This document shows positions 1 to 8,689 of a stretch of DNA of 49,301 bases, one piece after another (position 1 is the stretch's first letter; the number at the start of each line of letters is the position of its first letter). The notes below the pieces were generated by a model. That model did no database searches, had not been told where the DNA came from, and saw nothing but the letters and a program-made list of their open reading frames with translations. Origin of the DNA: an uncultured Ignavibacteriota bacterium (GTDB taxonomy: Bacteria > Bacteroidota > Ignavibacteria > UBA10030 > UBA8401); the NCBI GenBank assembly GCA_903958625.1, contig CAJBTU010000003.1, forward strand, positions 1-49,301, written 5' to 3'. The position numbers and the translations under genes were made by a program.

Positions 1-32
1 ACCATGAACAGTATCAATGATTTGCGTAACAT
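1..32 (-). CDS. 5' end of a gene running off the window (probable exported protein, third gene of the ECF operon)
   Basis: ATG at 32 on the minus strand, 12 nt after the anti-sigma stop, gives MLRKSLILFM, a basic-then-hydrophobic signal-peptide-like start. Only about 10 codons are visible. Confidence 0.45.
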   Translation of the reverse strand, partial: MLRKSLILFM

Positions 33-44
33 CAGATAGTAATT

Positions 45-458
45 TCAATTGACGTCAAAAGAGATCGTTTGCTGTTGACGGGAAATATTGACCGATTGAA
101 GAAATTGATCTGATAAATTTTTTTCCTGAATGTTCCCGACAACATACATAAAGAGCGTCATCATGATCACCGCGCCGATGGAATATACGGCCGTTGGGAT
201 TGAAATCGTCAGGGTTCTGTTCCGAAATTGCGAAGCTGTTTCTTTCATTCCCAGCACTTCAAACTTCCGGTCCATCTCATGCGGAACCGGATCATATGCC
301 AATTCTTTCACCGCGTCGTGGATCGTTTTCGTATCGCTAAAAAATTCCCTGCACAGTTCGCATTCTGATAGATGCCGGAACAGCGCTTGCTGCTGTTCTT
401 TCGGCAGTTCATTGTCCATAAACTGACTAATCTGTTCCTGAAATGATTGATGGTCCAT
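45..458 (-). CDS. Zinc-finger (zf-HC2/ZAS) transmembrane anti-sigma factor
   Basis: HLSECELC (HxxxCxxC) motif after ISQFMDNEL; one TM segment (AVYSIGAVIMMTLFMYVV); directly downstream of an ECF sigma. Confidence 0.85.
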   Translation of the reverse strand: MDHQSFQEQISQFMDNELPKEQQQALFRHLSECELCREFFSDTKTIHDAVKELAYDPVPHEMDRKFEVLGMKETASQFRNRTLTISIPTAVYSIGAVIMMTLFMYVVGNIQEKNLSDQFLQSVNISRQQQTISFDVN

Positions 459-469
459 ATTATTCCTCC

Positions 470-1018
470 TTACAGATACGGTTTTAGCATTTCATTCAAT
501 GCTGCGCGCGATTTGAACAATTTCGATTTTACGGCGCTTACCGTTGTTGATGTTGTTTTTGCAATCTCTTCATACGTTAGACCTTCTGTTTCTCTTAATA
601 AATATGCTTCACGGTAGGCAGGTTTTAACTGCATGATCGCCGTCAGAAGTATCTCCGTCATTTCAGACTGAATGGTAATGCTCAATGGAGTAGAATGATC
701 GAAGACGATCGTTTCATCGTCATACTGTTCCATCGGAATTATTTTATTTCTCCGCAATACCATCAGCACTTCGTTCCGTGCAACCGAAAACAGCCACGAT
801 TTCAATGTTACTCCGCGCTCTATGGACTGAATCTTTGTGATCATTTTCAGGAATGTTTCCTGTGCCGCATCCTGCGCCGCGGCCGGATCCTTGAGCATTC
901 GAAGACAAAACGAATAGACCGCATTTTTATGACGTACATACAGTGCCGATCCGGCGTTGAGTTCCCCGTTCTTTAACTGCACGATCAATTCTTCGTCCGG
1001 TACCGTCGTTGTATTCAT
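470..1018 (-). CDS. ECF-type RNA polymerase sigma-70 factor
   Basis: Region 2 (AQDAAQETFLKM, KSWLFSVARNE) and region 4 (REAYLLRETEGLTYEEIA, VKSKLFKSRAAL); 182 aa. Confidence 0.93.
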   Translation of the reverse strand: MNTTTVPDEELIVQLKNGELNAGSALYVRHKNAVYSFCLRMLKDPAAAQDAAQETFLKMITKIQSIERGVTLKSWLFSVARNEVLMVLRRNKIIPMEQYDDETIVFDHSTPLSITIQSEMTEILLTAIMQLKPAYREAYLLRETEGLTYEEIAKTTSTTVSAVKSKLFKSRAALNEMLKPYL

Positions 1019-1162
1019 GGGGCCTGTTGTTATTGTTCAATTGTGCCAGTAAGATGCACAAGTCAGGTAAAAGTTGCCACTTTCCTTCATTGCCTTTCGC
1101 TGTCAATCTCTCTATATTTCCCCACTTCACTCACAATTCAATACACTTATCGGGGACTAATT

Positions 1163-2047
1163 ATGAAAAGCATAACTCTATTCCTTGCTGCAGTACTTCT
1201 TTTTTCGCTTGCCGATGCACAATTGAAAAAACGCGTGGCAATCTCAGCATTTGAAGATAAAACAGGTTCCGGTTACGCGCATCTCGGTTCCGGTGTTGCC
1301 GATATGCTGACAACAGCATTGGTAAAATCGGGAAAGTTCACCGTAATTGAACGTCAGGAATTGGAAAAAGTGCTGGCAGAGCAAAAACTTGGCGAAAGCG
1401 GACTTGTTACGGCAGAAACAGCGCCAAAGGTGGGGAAACTGCTCGGAGTGGAACTGATCGTTGTGGGATCTGTGTCGGAATTCGGAACAAAGGAAAATAA
1501 GGTGTCCGGCGGATTGTCGTTCATCAGCGGCGGCATCAAACGCAAAACATCACGCGCTGTTGTGGATGTGCGCCTCGTGAATACCGTTACCGGCGAAATT
1601 GTTGCTGCCGAATCGAAAGAAGGAGAAGAATCCACCACCGGTATTTCGTTCGATTATTCAGGGGTCGACTTCAGCAACATGGACAGCTGGGATGATACCG
1701 ATATCGGCAAAGCATGCCGTAAAGCGGTGGACGGTGTTATTGAATTGATCACGGAGAATATGGGAAAGATTCCCTTCACCGGAAAAATTTTGAAAATGAA
1801 CAGCGACGGCACATTATTGATGAAACCCGGCTCCGAAGGGAACGTAAAGGTCGGGATGGAATTCGATGTGTTCCGTGTCGGCGAACCGATCAAAGATCCG
1901 GATACGGGGCTTGACCTCGGCGCCGAAGAGACAAAGGTCGGCCATGTAAAAGTGATCGAAGATGCCTTGAAGGGAAAAGCGGCGAAAGCAAAGATCACCG
2001 AAGGAAAAGATATTCAATCGACCGATATTCTCCGGGAACCAAACTAA
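1163..2047 (+). CDS. CsgG/HfaB-family exported protein with C-terminal FlgT-like domain
   Basis: Likely start ATG 1163 (GGGGA RBS; signal peptide MKSITLFLAAVLLFSLADA). CsgG motifs KKRVAISAF, LVKSGKFTVIERQELEKVLAEQ, DVRLVNTVTGEIV; C-terminal IKDPDTGLDLG motif. Confidence 0.82.
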   Translation: MKSITLFLAAVLLFSLADAQLKKRVAISAFEDKTGSGYAHLGSGVADMLTTALVKSGKFTVIERQELEKVLAEQKLGESGLVTAETAPKVGKLLGVELIVVGSVSEFGTKENKVSGGLSFISGGIKRKTSRAVVDVRLVNTVTGEIVAAESKEGEESTTGISFDYSGVDFSNMDSWDDTDIGKACRKAVDGVIELITENMGKIPFTGKILKMNSDGTLLMKPGSEGNVKVGMEFDVFRVGEPIKDPDTGLDLGAEETKVGHVKVIEDALKGKAAKAKITEGKDIQSTDILREPN

Positions 2048-2057
2048 CTTGAATGAA

Positions 2058-2137
2058 AATGAAAAATTAACAATGGACAATCATGCGGTAGTAACATTGC
2101 GTAAAATATTTCAATATTCCATTGTCAATTCTCAATT
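2058..2137. repeat. Imperfect inverted repeat built of ~7-nt AATNNNA-type units
   Basis: AATGAAAAATTAACAATGGACAAT (2058-2081) versus ATATTCCATTGTCAATTCTCAATT (2114-2137); the core AATTAACAATGGA/TCCATTGTCAATT pairs 12/13. Confidence 0.6.
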
Positions 2138-2140
2138 GTT

Positions 2141-3055
2141 ATGAGTGATATCATCCTCCGCACTAAAAATCTCGGCAAGCATTATAAGAACCGCTGGGCC
2201 GCGCAAGAGATCGATCTTGAAGTGCACCGGGGCGACGTATTCGGTTTTCTCGGACCGAACGGTGCGGGAAAAAGTACAACGATACGGATGATCCTCTCCC
2301 TTATCACGCCGACGACCGGAACGGTAGAGTTGTTCGGCCACGATCTATTTAAGAAGCGCGAAGCTGCGTTGCAGAATGTCGGCGGCATCGTGGAAAAACC
2401 GGATTTCTACCTTTATCTTTCCGCATACCGCAATATGCAGATCGCCGGTTCGCTCACCCTTGGCAAAACTCCCGACGATAAAAAAATTAACGATACACTC
2501 GGTATTGTCGGCCTCGCCGAACGGTCGCTGGACAAAGTAAAAACATTCTCTCACGGAATGAAGCAGCGTCTCGGCATAGCGCAGGCACTTCTCTGCGATC
2601 CTCAATTGATCATGCTTGACGAACCGACGAACGGTCTTGATCCTCAGGGGATGAAAGAAGTAAGGGAATTGATAACACGGCTGACAACGGAACGGGGTAT
2701 CACCGTTTTTCTCTCCTCGCATCTGCTGAATGAAGTGGAACAGGTGGCAACACGCATGGCGATTATCAACAAAGGAAAAATGATCGTTCAAGGTAAGGTT
2801 GAAGATCTGCTTAAAGCGAACGCGAATAAGGTTCTCTTCAATGTTGAGCCGGTCAAGCGATCGATGGCAGTATTGGAAAAGATCAAAAAAGTATCGGAAA
2901 TAGCGCAGACCGACGAAGGTATCGTTGCGAAGGTCGATGGAAAAATGATCCCTGCTGTGGTTAATGAACTGGTAAAAGCGAAATGCAAGGTCTTTTCGGT
3001 GCAGCCGAAACACAGTTTGGAAGAATATTTTTTGGACGTCACCACCGAGAGTTAA
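2141..3055 (+). CDS. ABC-2 type exporter ATP-binding protein (BcrA/CcmA-like)
   Basis: Walker A GPNGAGKST, signature FSHGMKQR, Walker B LIMLDEPTNGLD, H-loop SSH. Confidence 0.95.
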   Translation: MSDIILRTKNLGKHYKNRWAAQEIDLEVHRGDVFGFLGPNGAGKSTTIRMILSLITPTTGTVELFGHDLFKKREAALQNVGGIVEKPDFYLYLSAYRNMQIAGSLTLGKTPDDKKINDTLGIVGLAERSLDKVKTFSHGMKQRLGIAQALLCDPQLIMLDEPTNGLDPQGMKEVRELITRLTTERGITVFLSSHLLNEVEQVATRMAIINKGKMIVQGKVEDLLKANANKVLFNVEPVKRSMAVLEKIKKVSEIAQTDEGIVAKVDGKMIPAVVNELVKAKCKVFSVQPKHSLEEYFLDVTTES

Positions 3056-3066
3056 GGAGTTGCTGG

Positions 3067-3118
3067 CATTCCGAGCGAAGCCCCGATATTTTTATAGGGG
3101 CGAAGCGAGGAATCTCAA
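3067..3118. repeat. REP-like hairpin, left flank of the GIY-YIG cassette
   Basis: CATTCCGAG-cgaa-GCCCC..GGGGC-gaag-CGAGGAATCTCAA; both ends are reverse complements of the ends of 3396-3434. Confidence 0.8.
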
Positions 3119-3130
3119 CGTTATTTTTTA

Positions 3131-3385
3131 ATGAAGAATAAATCTGGAACTCTTTATGTCGGCATGACTAATGATTTGCGAAAACGTGTTGCTCAACACA
3201 AAGAAATGCTTGTTGAAGGATTTACAAAACGCTATCGAATAACAACGCTGATTTATTTTGAAGAATACGATGATGTTCGATATTGTATTGAACGGGAAAC
3301 ACGAAAGAAAGCTTGGACCAGAAGGAAAAAATTGGATTTGATTGCGACAATGAACCCTTCAATGAAAGAAATAATTATTAATTGA
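3131..3385 (+). CDS. Small GIY-YIG nuclease family protein (UPF0213-like), N-terminal motif degenerate; possibly a pseudogene
   Basis: SGTLYVGMTNDLRKRVAQHK, GFTKRY, LIYFEEY, IERETRKKAWTRRKKLDLI, NP. The first Tyr-rich motif is reduced to RYFL upstream of the ATG. Confidence 0.85.
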   Translation: MKNKSGTLYVGMTNDLRKRVAQHKEMLVEGFTKRYRITTLIYFEEYDDVRYCIERETRKKAWTRRKKLDLIATMNPSMKEIIIN

Positions 3386-3395
3386 TTTTTAAAGA

Positions 3396-3434
3396 TTGAG
3401 ATTCCTCGTCCCATGGAATGGGACTCGGAATGAC
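3396..3434. repeat. REP-like hairpin, right flank of the GIY-YIG cassette
   Basis: TTGAGATTCCTCG-TCCCAT-gga-ATGGGA-CTCGGAATGAC; internal perfect stem GTCCCAT/ATGGGAC; inverted relative to the left copy. Confidence 0.8.
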
Positions 3435-3454
3435 AATTACTCAACATTCTACTT

Positions 3455-4294
3455 ATGCTCAATCTTATCTACTGGGAACTCTTCAAGACCTACGCCAAGT
3501 GGCGGACCTATATCGGCTTTATCGCCGTCGGCGTCCTCATTCCCGTGATCATGTGGATCATGTGGGTGGAAGGGGGAAAGTTCATTCAGCATCAACTGAG
3601 ATCGCTCCAATCTGAATTTTTAATTACCGGAAATCTCTTTAACGGCTGGGTGATCGCGCAATTGATCATGAACGGCCTGTGGGTTCACGTTCCCACGCTG
3701 ATAGCACTTGTTGCCGGCGATCAGCTTTCAGGTGAAGCGACCTCGGGAACATTCAGGCTGACGCTCATCCGTCCGGTTTCCCGCACGCGGATACTGAATG
3801 CAAAATATATCGCCACGCTCATCTACACCGCGTCACTCGTTATTGCCATCGCCTTCACCTCCGTCGGACTGGGGCTATGGATCTTCGGCACCGGCGATCT
3901 TATTGCATTCGATAAGGACGGGATCACCATCCTTCCGGAGTACGACCTGTATATTCGTTTTCTTTTTGCTTATGCGCTTGCTATTTGGTCGATGTTCGTA
4001 GTCGCTTCGCTCGCATTCTTCATCTCATCATTTGTTGAAAATGCCATCGGCCCGATCATTACAACCATGACGGTGATCGTCATCTTCCTCATAATTTCTA
4101 ATCTCCCGGTCGAATCCGTTGAAGGGATCAAACCTTGGCTCTTTACAACGCATATGAATGTATGGCAGCAGGCATTTCGCGATCCGTATGATTGGGAAAA
4201 GATCCGCACTTCGGTGCTTGCGCTCGGGGCAAACAGTCTATTCTTTTGGGCAATAACGCTCTTCATATTCCGACGAAAAGATATTCTATCATAA
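3455..4294 (+). CDS. ABC-2 type exporter permease
   Basis: Multi-TM protein; LIYWELFK start, GEATSGTFRLTLIRPVSRTRILNAK motif, FRRKDI end. Confidence 0.9.
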   Translation: MLNLIYWELFKTYAKWRTYIGFIAVGVLIPVIMWIMWVEGGKFIQHQLRSLQSEFLITGNLFNGWVIAQLIMNGLWVHVPTLIALVAGDQLSGEATSGTFRLTLIRPVSRTRILNAKYIATLIYTASLVIAIAFTSVGLGLWIFGTGDLIAFDKDGITILPEYDLYIRFLFAYALAIWSMFVVASLAFFISSFVENAIGPIITTMTVIVIFLIISNLPVESVEGIKPWLFTTHMNVWQQAFRDPYDWEKIRTSVLALGANSLFFWAITLFIFRRKDILS

Positions 4295-4307
4295 ACAAAG
4301 GAACACA

Positions 4308-5576
4308 ATGACATTGCAGGAAAGATTAAGGGAAGTAAAAGACGGGTTCCATCCGTCGTTCTGGGTTGCCAACGGAATGGAACTGTTCGAACGCCTTGCA
4401 TACTACGGACAACAAATTGTTTTCATGGTGTATGTGCGCAACAGACTCGGTTTTACCGAAACGGAAGCTGGAACGCTCTCCGGAATTTTCGGCGGATTGA
4501 TCTATCTCCTTCCGATTCTCGGCGGCACACTTGCCGATAAATGGGGATTTCGTCGCGCATTCAATATTGCGTTTTCAATCCTTGGCCTTGGATATTTTCT
4601 TATCGGTTCGGTAGGCATGACCGCCTTTGCCGGGATATACAGCGGAATTCCTCTTTACTGGCTGCTGCTGGCCTTCCTCATCTTCACGGCTTTCGGCGGA
4701 TCGTTCATCAAACCATCAGTGCTTGGAACCGTTGCCGTTACATCTACGGAAAAAACAAAATCCCTCGGCTTCGCCATTTATTATTGGCTGGTCAATGCCG
4801 GCGCAATGATCGGACCGACGATCGCCTATTTTGTACGCGACAGTTTCGGCAATGAATTTGTCTATCTGGTCTCATCCATCAGCTGCTTTGCCATGCTCAT
4901 CGTCAACTTGATCCTTTATAAAGACGTGGTGCACGAAAAGAATGAGATCACCGAAACGCTCGGCAAGAAAATGGCAAATCTCGTTGTTGTTCTCGGAAAT
5001 TTTAAATTCATGATCTTCCTGCTCATCTATTCACTGTACTGGGTCATCTTCTGGCAGGAATTCATCATTGTTCCGTATTACATAACGGACTATATCGGCA
5101 AGGAAGCGCCGTACGAAATTGTGCAGTCGTGGGCGGGAGCCGGTGCAATTATCTTGCTGCAAATTCCCATTAACCGGTGGACGAAGAATATTCCGACCCG
5201 CACTGCCATCCTGACCGGGTTTGCGGTGTCATCGCTCATCTGGATCATCATTGCGATCCATCCTTCCATTCCCACGATCGCCGCAGGAATTGTCGCCTTT
5301 GCCATCGGCGAAATGATTCAGGCTCCGCGGTATTACGAATATATTTCGGAGATCGCACCGAAAGGGCAGCAGGGATTGTATCAGGGATATGCATTTCTTC
5401 CGATAGCCATCGCACGGTTTGTCGGCGATCCTTTCGGCGGCTGGATCTACCAAACTTCAAAAGCTTCTGGAAATCCTTCTAATGTGTGGTATTCTATGAT
5501 CGCGATCGGCATTACCGGAACGGTCCTAATGGCGATCTATAACAAAGTGATTGCACGGCAAGAATCAAGGATATGA
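4308..5576 (+). CDS. MFS transporter, POT/PTR (di/tripeptide:H+ symporter)-like
   Basis: ELFERLAYYG (ExxERxxYY), GGTLADKWGFRR, GGSFIKP, GFAIYYWLVNAG; about 12 TM. Confidence 0.88.
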   Translation: MTLQERLREVKDGFHPSFWVANGMELFERLAYYGQQIVFMVYVRNRLGFTETEAGTLSGIFGGLIYLLPILGGTLADKWGFRRAFNIAFSILGLGYFLIGSVGMTAFAGIYSGIPLYWLLLAFLIFTAFGGSFIKPSVLGTVAVTSTEKTKSLGFAIYYWLVNAGAMIGPTIAYFVRDSFGNEFVYLVSSISCFAMLIVNLILYKDVVHEKNEITETLGKKMANLVVVLGNFKFMIFLLIYSLYWVIFWQEFIIVPYYITDYIGKEAPYEIVQSWAGAGAIILLQIPINRWTKNIPTRTAILTGFAVSSLIWIIIAIHPSIPTIAAGIVAFAIGEMIQAPRYYEYISEIAPKGQQGLYQGYAFLPIAIARFVGDPFGGWIYQTSKASGNPSNVWYSMIAIGITGTVLMAIYNKVIARQESRI

Positions 5577-6301
5577 ATATGAAAAAGGAAACGGCAAGAA
5601 ATAAAATGTACCGCGTACTGTATAAATATCTTCTGTGCAGTATTCTTGTTTTTTCTTTTTCCCTGACGGCCTTTGCGCAGGAGTTGACCGCCGAGAAGAT
5701 CCTCCGGAACGTGAAGGCAAATTTTGATGCGGTGAAGGATTATACAGCCATGCTCACCGCCACGGTGGACATGGAACGGCTTCGTGTGCCGGAAATGAAA
5801 GTGAAGATCTACTTCAAGCAGCCGAACAAATTCAAAACGGAATCGAAGAACACCTCGTTCCTTCCAAAAAATATGATGGACCTGAATCCGGGTGATATGC
5901 TGAAAAAATTCGACGCATCATTGATGGGGAAAGAGGAATCGGGAGGAAAAACTTTCTACAAGATCCGTCTCATTACAAAGCCTGAAAAAGGTAAGCAGGT
6001 CCGGGAAAGTTTTGTATGGGTCGATGCTGAACACTGGACGATCACAAAACTGGAAGCTTTTCCGTCCGAAGGAAGAAAGATCGAACTGAAAGTTGAGAGT
6101 ACTGTCATCGACGGCAAATTCATTGTACCATCCAGAATATTTGCAAAATTTGACTTCGATCAAAATGCCGATTCTACCGCAGAAAGGATCTACAGTCCGA
6201 ACCGCATGCCGAAAAAGGGATCGGTGGAATTGAAGTATTCCGATTATGAGGTGAACAAAGGATTGAGTGATGAGATCTTTGAGAAGAAGGAAAAGCAATA
6301 G
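5573..6301 (+). CDS. LolA-like / outer-membrane lipoprotein-sorting family periplasmic protein (true start may be 5606)
   Basis: Signal peptide ending AFA-Q; VKDYTA, YFKQPNKFK, WVDAEHW and YSDYEVNKGLSDEIF are typical of LolA-like folds. Confidence 0.75.
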   Translation: MNMKKETARNKMYRVLYKYLLCSILVFSFSLTAFAQELTAEKILRNVKANFDAVKDYTAMLTATVDMERLRVPEMKVKIYFKQPNKFKTESKNTSFLPKNMMDLNPGDMLKKFDASLMGKEESGGKTFYKIRLITKPEKGKQVRESFVWVDAEHWTITKLEAFPSEGRKIELKVESTVIDGKFIVPSRIFAKFDFDQNADSTAERIYSPNRMPKKGSVELKYSDYEVNKGLSDEIFEKKEKQ

Positions 6302-6337
6302 CAGTTGATTTTTATCTTACGATGATTATTTTGCAGT

Positions 6338-6808
<471 letters not shown>

Positions 6809-6826
6809 TCTTAAAAAAAATTGCAC

Positions 6827-6859
6827 AATAAAAGCCGCTTTCAAAGCGGCTTTTTTATT
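6827..6859. terminator. Bidirectional rho-independent terminator between the convergent DUF2442 gene and carA
   Basis: AAAAGCCGCTTT-C-AAAGCGGCTTTT stem with A- and T-tracts on both sides. Confidence 0.85.
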
Positions 6860-7985
6860 GCTTCTGCTTCTCCATCATCGTGATGAATTTTGAAAAGAGA
6901 TAATCACTGTCGTGCGGTCCGGGTGATGCTTCCGGATGGTACTGCACACAGAAAAGCGGATGATGTTTGTGTTCAAATCCTTCCACCGTCTGGTCGTTTA
7001 GATTGATATGTGTCAGTTCCACCTGCGACTGGTCCATCGACTTCCAGTCAACGGCAAATCCGTGATTCTGAGAGGTGATTTCGATGACACTCGTTTTCAA
7101 ATTTTTTACCGGATGATTCCCGCCGCGATGGCCGAATTTAAGTTTGTATGTAGTTCCACCGAGTGCCAGGCCGAGCAATTGGTGGCCGAGACAAATACCG
7201 AAGATCGGTTTCTTACCTATAAGTTCTTTGATGGTCGTGATTGCATATTTCACCGCACCCGGATCTCCGGGACCGTTGGAGAGAAATATTCCGTCGGGTT
7301 TCATCGCCAGCACCTGTTCCGCCGAATAACTTGCCGGAACCACGGTCAGATCGCAGCCGTAAGTGGTCAGTCGGCGAAGGATATTCTGTTTTACTCCGTA
7401 ATCTATTACCACGACTTTGTACTGTGCATTGTTTTTTTCGTTGTTCTTTGTACCCAACGCATAATTGGTTGTATCTATTTCGTTCCAGCGGTACTCGGCC
7501 TTCGTGGTAACATTCTTCGCAAGATCGCGGCCATTCATGTCGGGAGATGATTTTGCTTTTGCGATCAGTGAGGTATCGTCGAGGTCCTGTGTGGAGATTA
7601 CTCCGCGCATCGCCCCTTCTGTCCGCAGAATCTTCGTCAGCATGCGCGTATCGATCCCCTGGATGGCGAGAATATTGTTTTTCTTCAGCCAGTCGCCAAG
7701 CGACGAATCAGCGCGCCAGTTGCTGTAAAAATCAAAATATTCCTTCACGATAAAACCGCTCACCTGCGGTTTCACCGATTCAACATCTTCCGTATTCACT
7801 CCATAATTGCCGATCAGCGGATACGTCATTGTTACGATCTGTCCTGCGTATGACGGATCGGTAAGGATCTCCTGATACCCGGTGATGCTGGTATTGAAAC
7901 AGACTTCACCGAATGTTTCACCCTCGGCGCCGAAATGTTCACCGGTAAAGATTGTACCATTCTCTAAAGCAAGTTTTGCGATCAT
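6855..7985 (-). CDS. carA: Carbamoyl-phosphate synthase small subunit
   Basis: GEVCFNTSITGYQEILTDPSY, LSNGPGDP, catalytic GICLGHQ, ITSQNHGF, QYHPEASPGPHD. Confidence 0.97.
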   Translation of the reverse strand: MIAKLALENGTIFTGEHFGAEGETFGEVCFNTSITGYQEILTDPSYAGQIVTMTYPLIGNYGVNTEDVESVKPQVSGFIVKEYFDFYSNWRADSSLGDWLKKNNILAIQGIDTRMLTKILRTEGAMRGVISTQDLDDTSLIAKAKSSPDMNGRDLAKNVTTKAEYRWNEIDTTNYALGTKNNEKNNAQYKVVVIDYGVKQNILRRLTTYGCDLTVVPASYSAEQVLAMKPDGIFLSNGPGDPGAVKYAITTIKELIGKKPIFGICLGHQLLGLALGGTTYKLKFGHRGGNHPVKNLKTSVIEITSQNHGFAVDWKSMDQSQVELTHINLNDQTVEGFEHKHHPLFCVQYHPEASPGPHDSDYLFSKFITMMEKQKQ

Positions 7986-8091
7986 TGTTTCCTACGGCGT
8001 CACGTTATGCGGCAAAAAATTATATTCACTTATTGGATGCTCCGGCTAAAAATACGAAATATTTGTTGACAACTGAAATACAATTATAATA

Positions 8092-8388
8092 GAATTGGTC
8101 TCAAAAATACCAATTTGTTTTCATGCCTAGTTCCGCCTACTGCGGGATAAACTGCGTCGAGATATGGATATCGTGAATTGTCACACTGAGGTTCTCATAT
8201 TGACATCCTGCCTGCCGAAGGCACGGCGTCAAGAATCATCATAAAATTGACATCAATAGATTAGTCCCTGGATGACTTATGCCAATAGTGAACAATTTAA
8301 TGCATTAATAGGTGAATCTTTTTGATGTCATTGGTAGCGAAGTCGAAGTGTGACAATCTTCAAAAAATACAGTTTTTGAGACCAGTTA
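8092..8388. mobile_element. MITE-like non-autonomous element with 16-bp TIRs, TA flanks and nested internal inverted repeats
   Basis: GAATTGGTCTCAAAAA (8092-8107) / TTTTTGAGACCAGTTA (8373-8388) match 14/16; TA at 8090-91 and 8389-90; internal perfect IR ATTGTCACACT (8177-8187)/AGTGTGACAAT (8347-8357); no ORF in the track. Confidence 0.62.
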
Positions 8389-8393
8389 TAGTA

Positions 8394-8573
8394 GTCTTAG
8401 AGGAGAGGTGCACACAAGTATTCATGCGGAAAGCTGAACAAATCGGGGAAGCATGAAAAAGGTATTATGGTAGCATCGCCGAAAGATGGAGCGCGTTCCC
8501 GTTCCGTTCTTGGGATGCAAAAATACGACTTGCAATCTGTTGTTTCGAGATGTTAGAACAAAGCGCTATTGAC
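8394..8573 (+). ncRNA. Lysine riboswitch (L-box) aptamer, partly degenerate
   Basis: Ordered consensus blocks TAGAGG..AGTA..AAAGG..GCCGAA..TTGGG..CTGT..AGCGCTAT. Helices GGTGC/GCATC, TTCATGC/GCATGAA, AGATGGAGCG/CGTTCCGTTCT, TGCAA/TTGCA; possible kissing loop GAAC/GTTC. Lies upstream of dap gene remnants. Confidence 0.82.
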
Positions 8574-8622
8574 CATCTGCAAAGAATCATTTAGCCGTTG
8601 TTGTGTGCGGTTCCTATCATTC

Positions 8623-8658
8623 AAACGCAGAGAGTCCGGAACGCTTCTCTACGTTTTT
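8623..8658 (+). terminator. Attenuator-type terminator of the lysine riboswitch expression platform
   Basis: AAACGCAGAGAG...CTTCTCTACGTTTTT imperfect stem with T-tract, about 50 nt after the aptamer. Confidence 0.55.
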
Positions 8659-8689
8659 CGGTTTAGAGCATTGATTTTACAAATTTCAA

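Noticed and set aside
1043-1162. N-terminal extension of the CsgG-like ORF
   Set aside because: The RBS and signal peptide point to ATG 1163.
6855-7985. carA without adjacent carB
   Set aside because: Separated carA and carB genes are common; not informative from one window.
8066-8090. TTGACA and TATAAT as a perfect sigma70 promoter
   Set aside because: The spacer is only 13 nt rather than 16-18, so it is not called as a feature.
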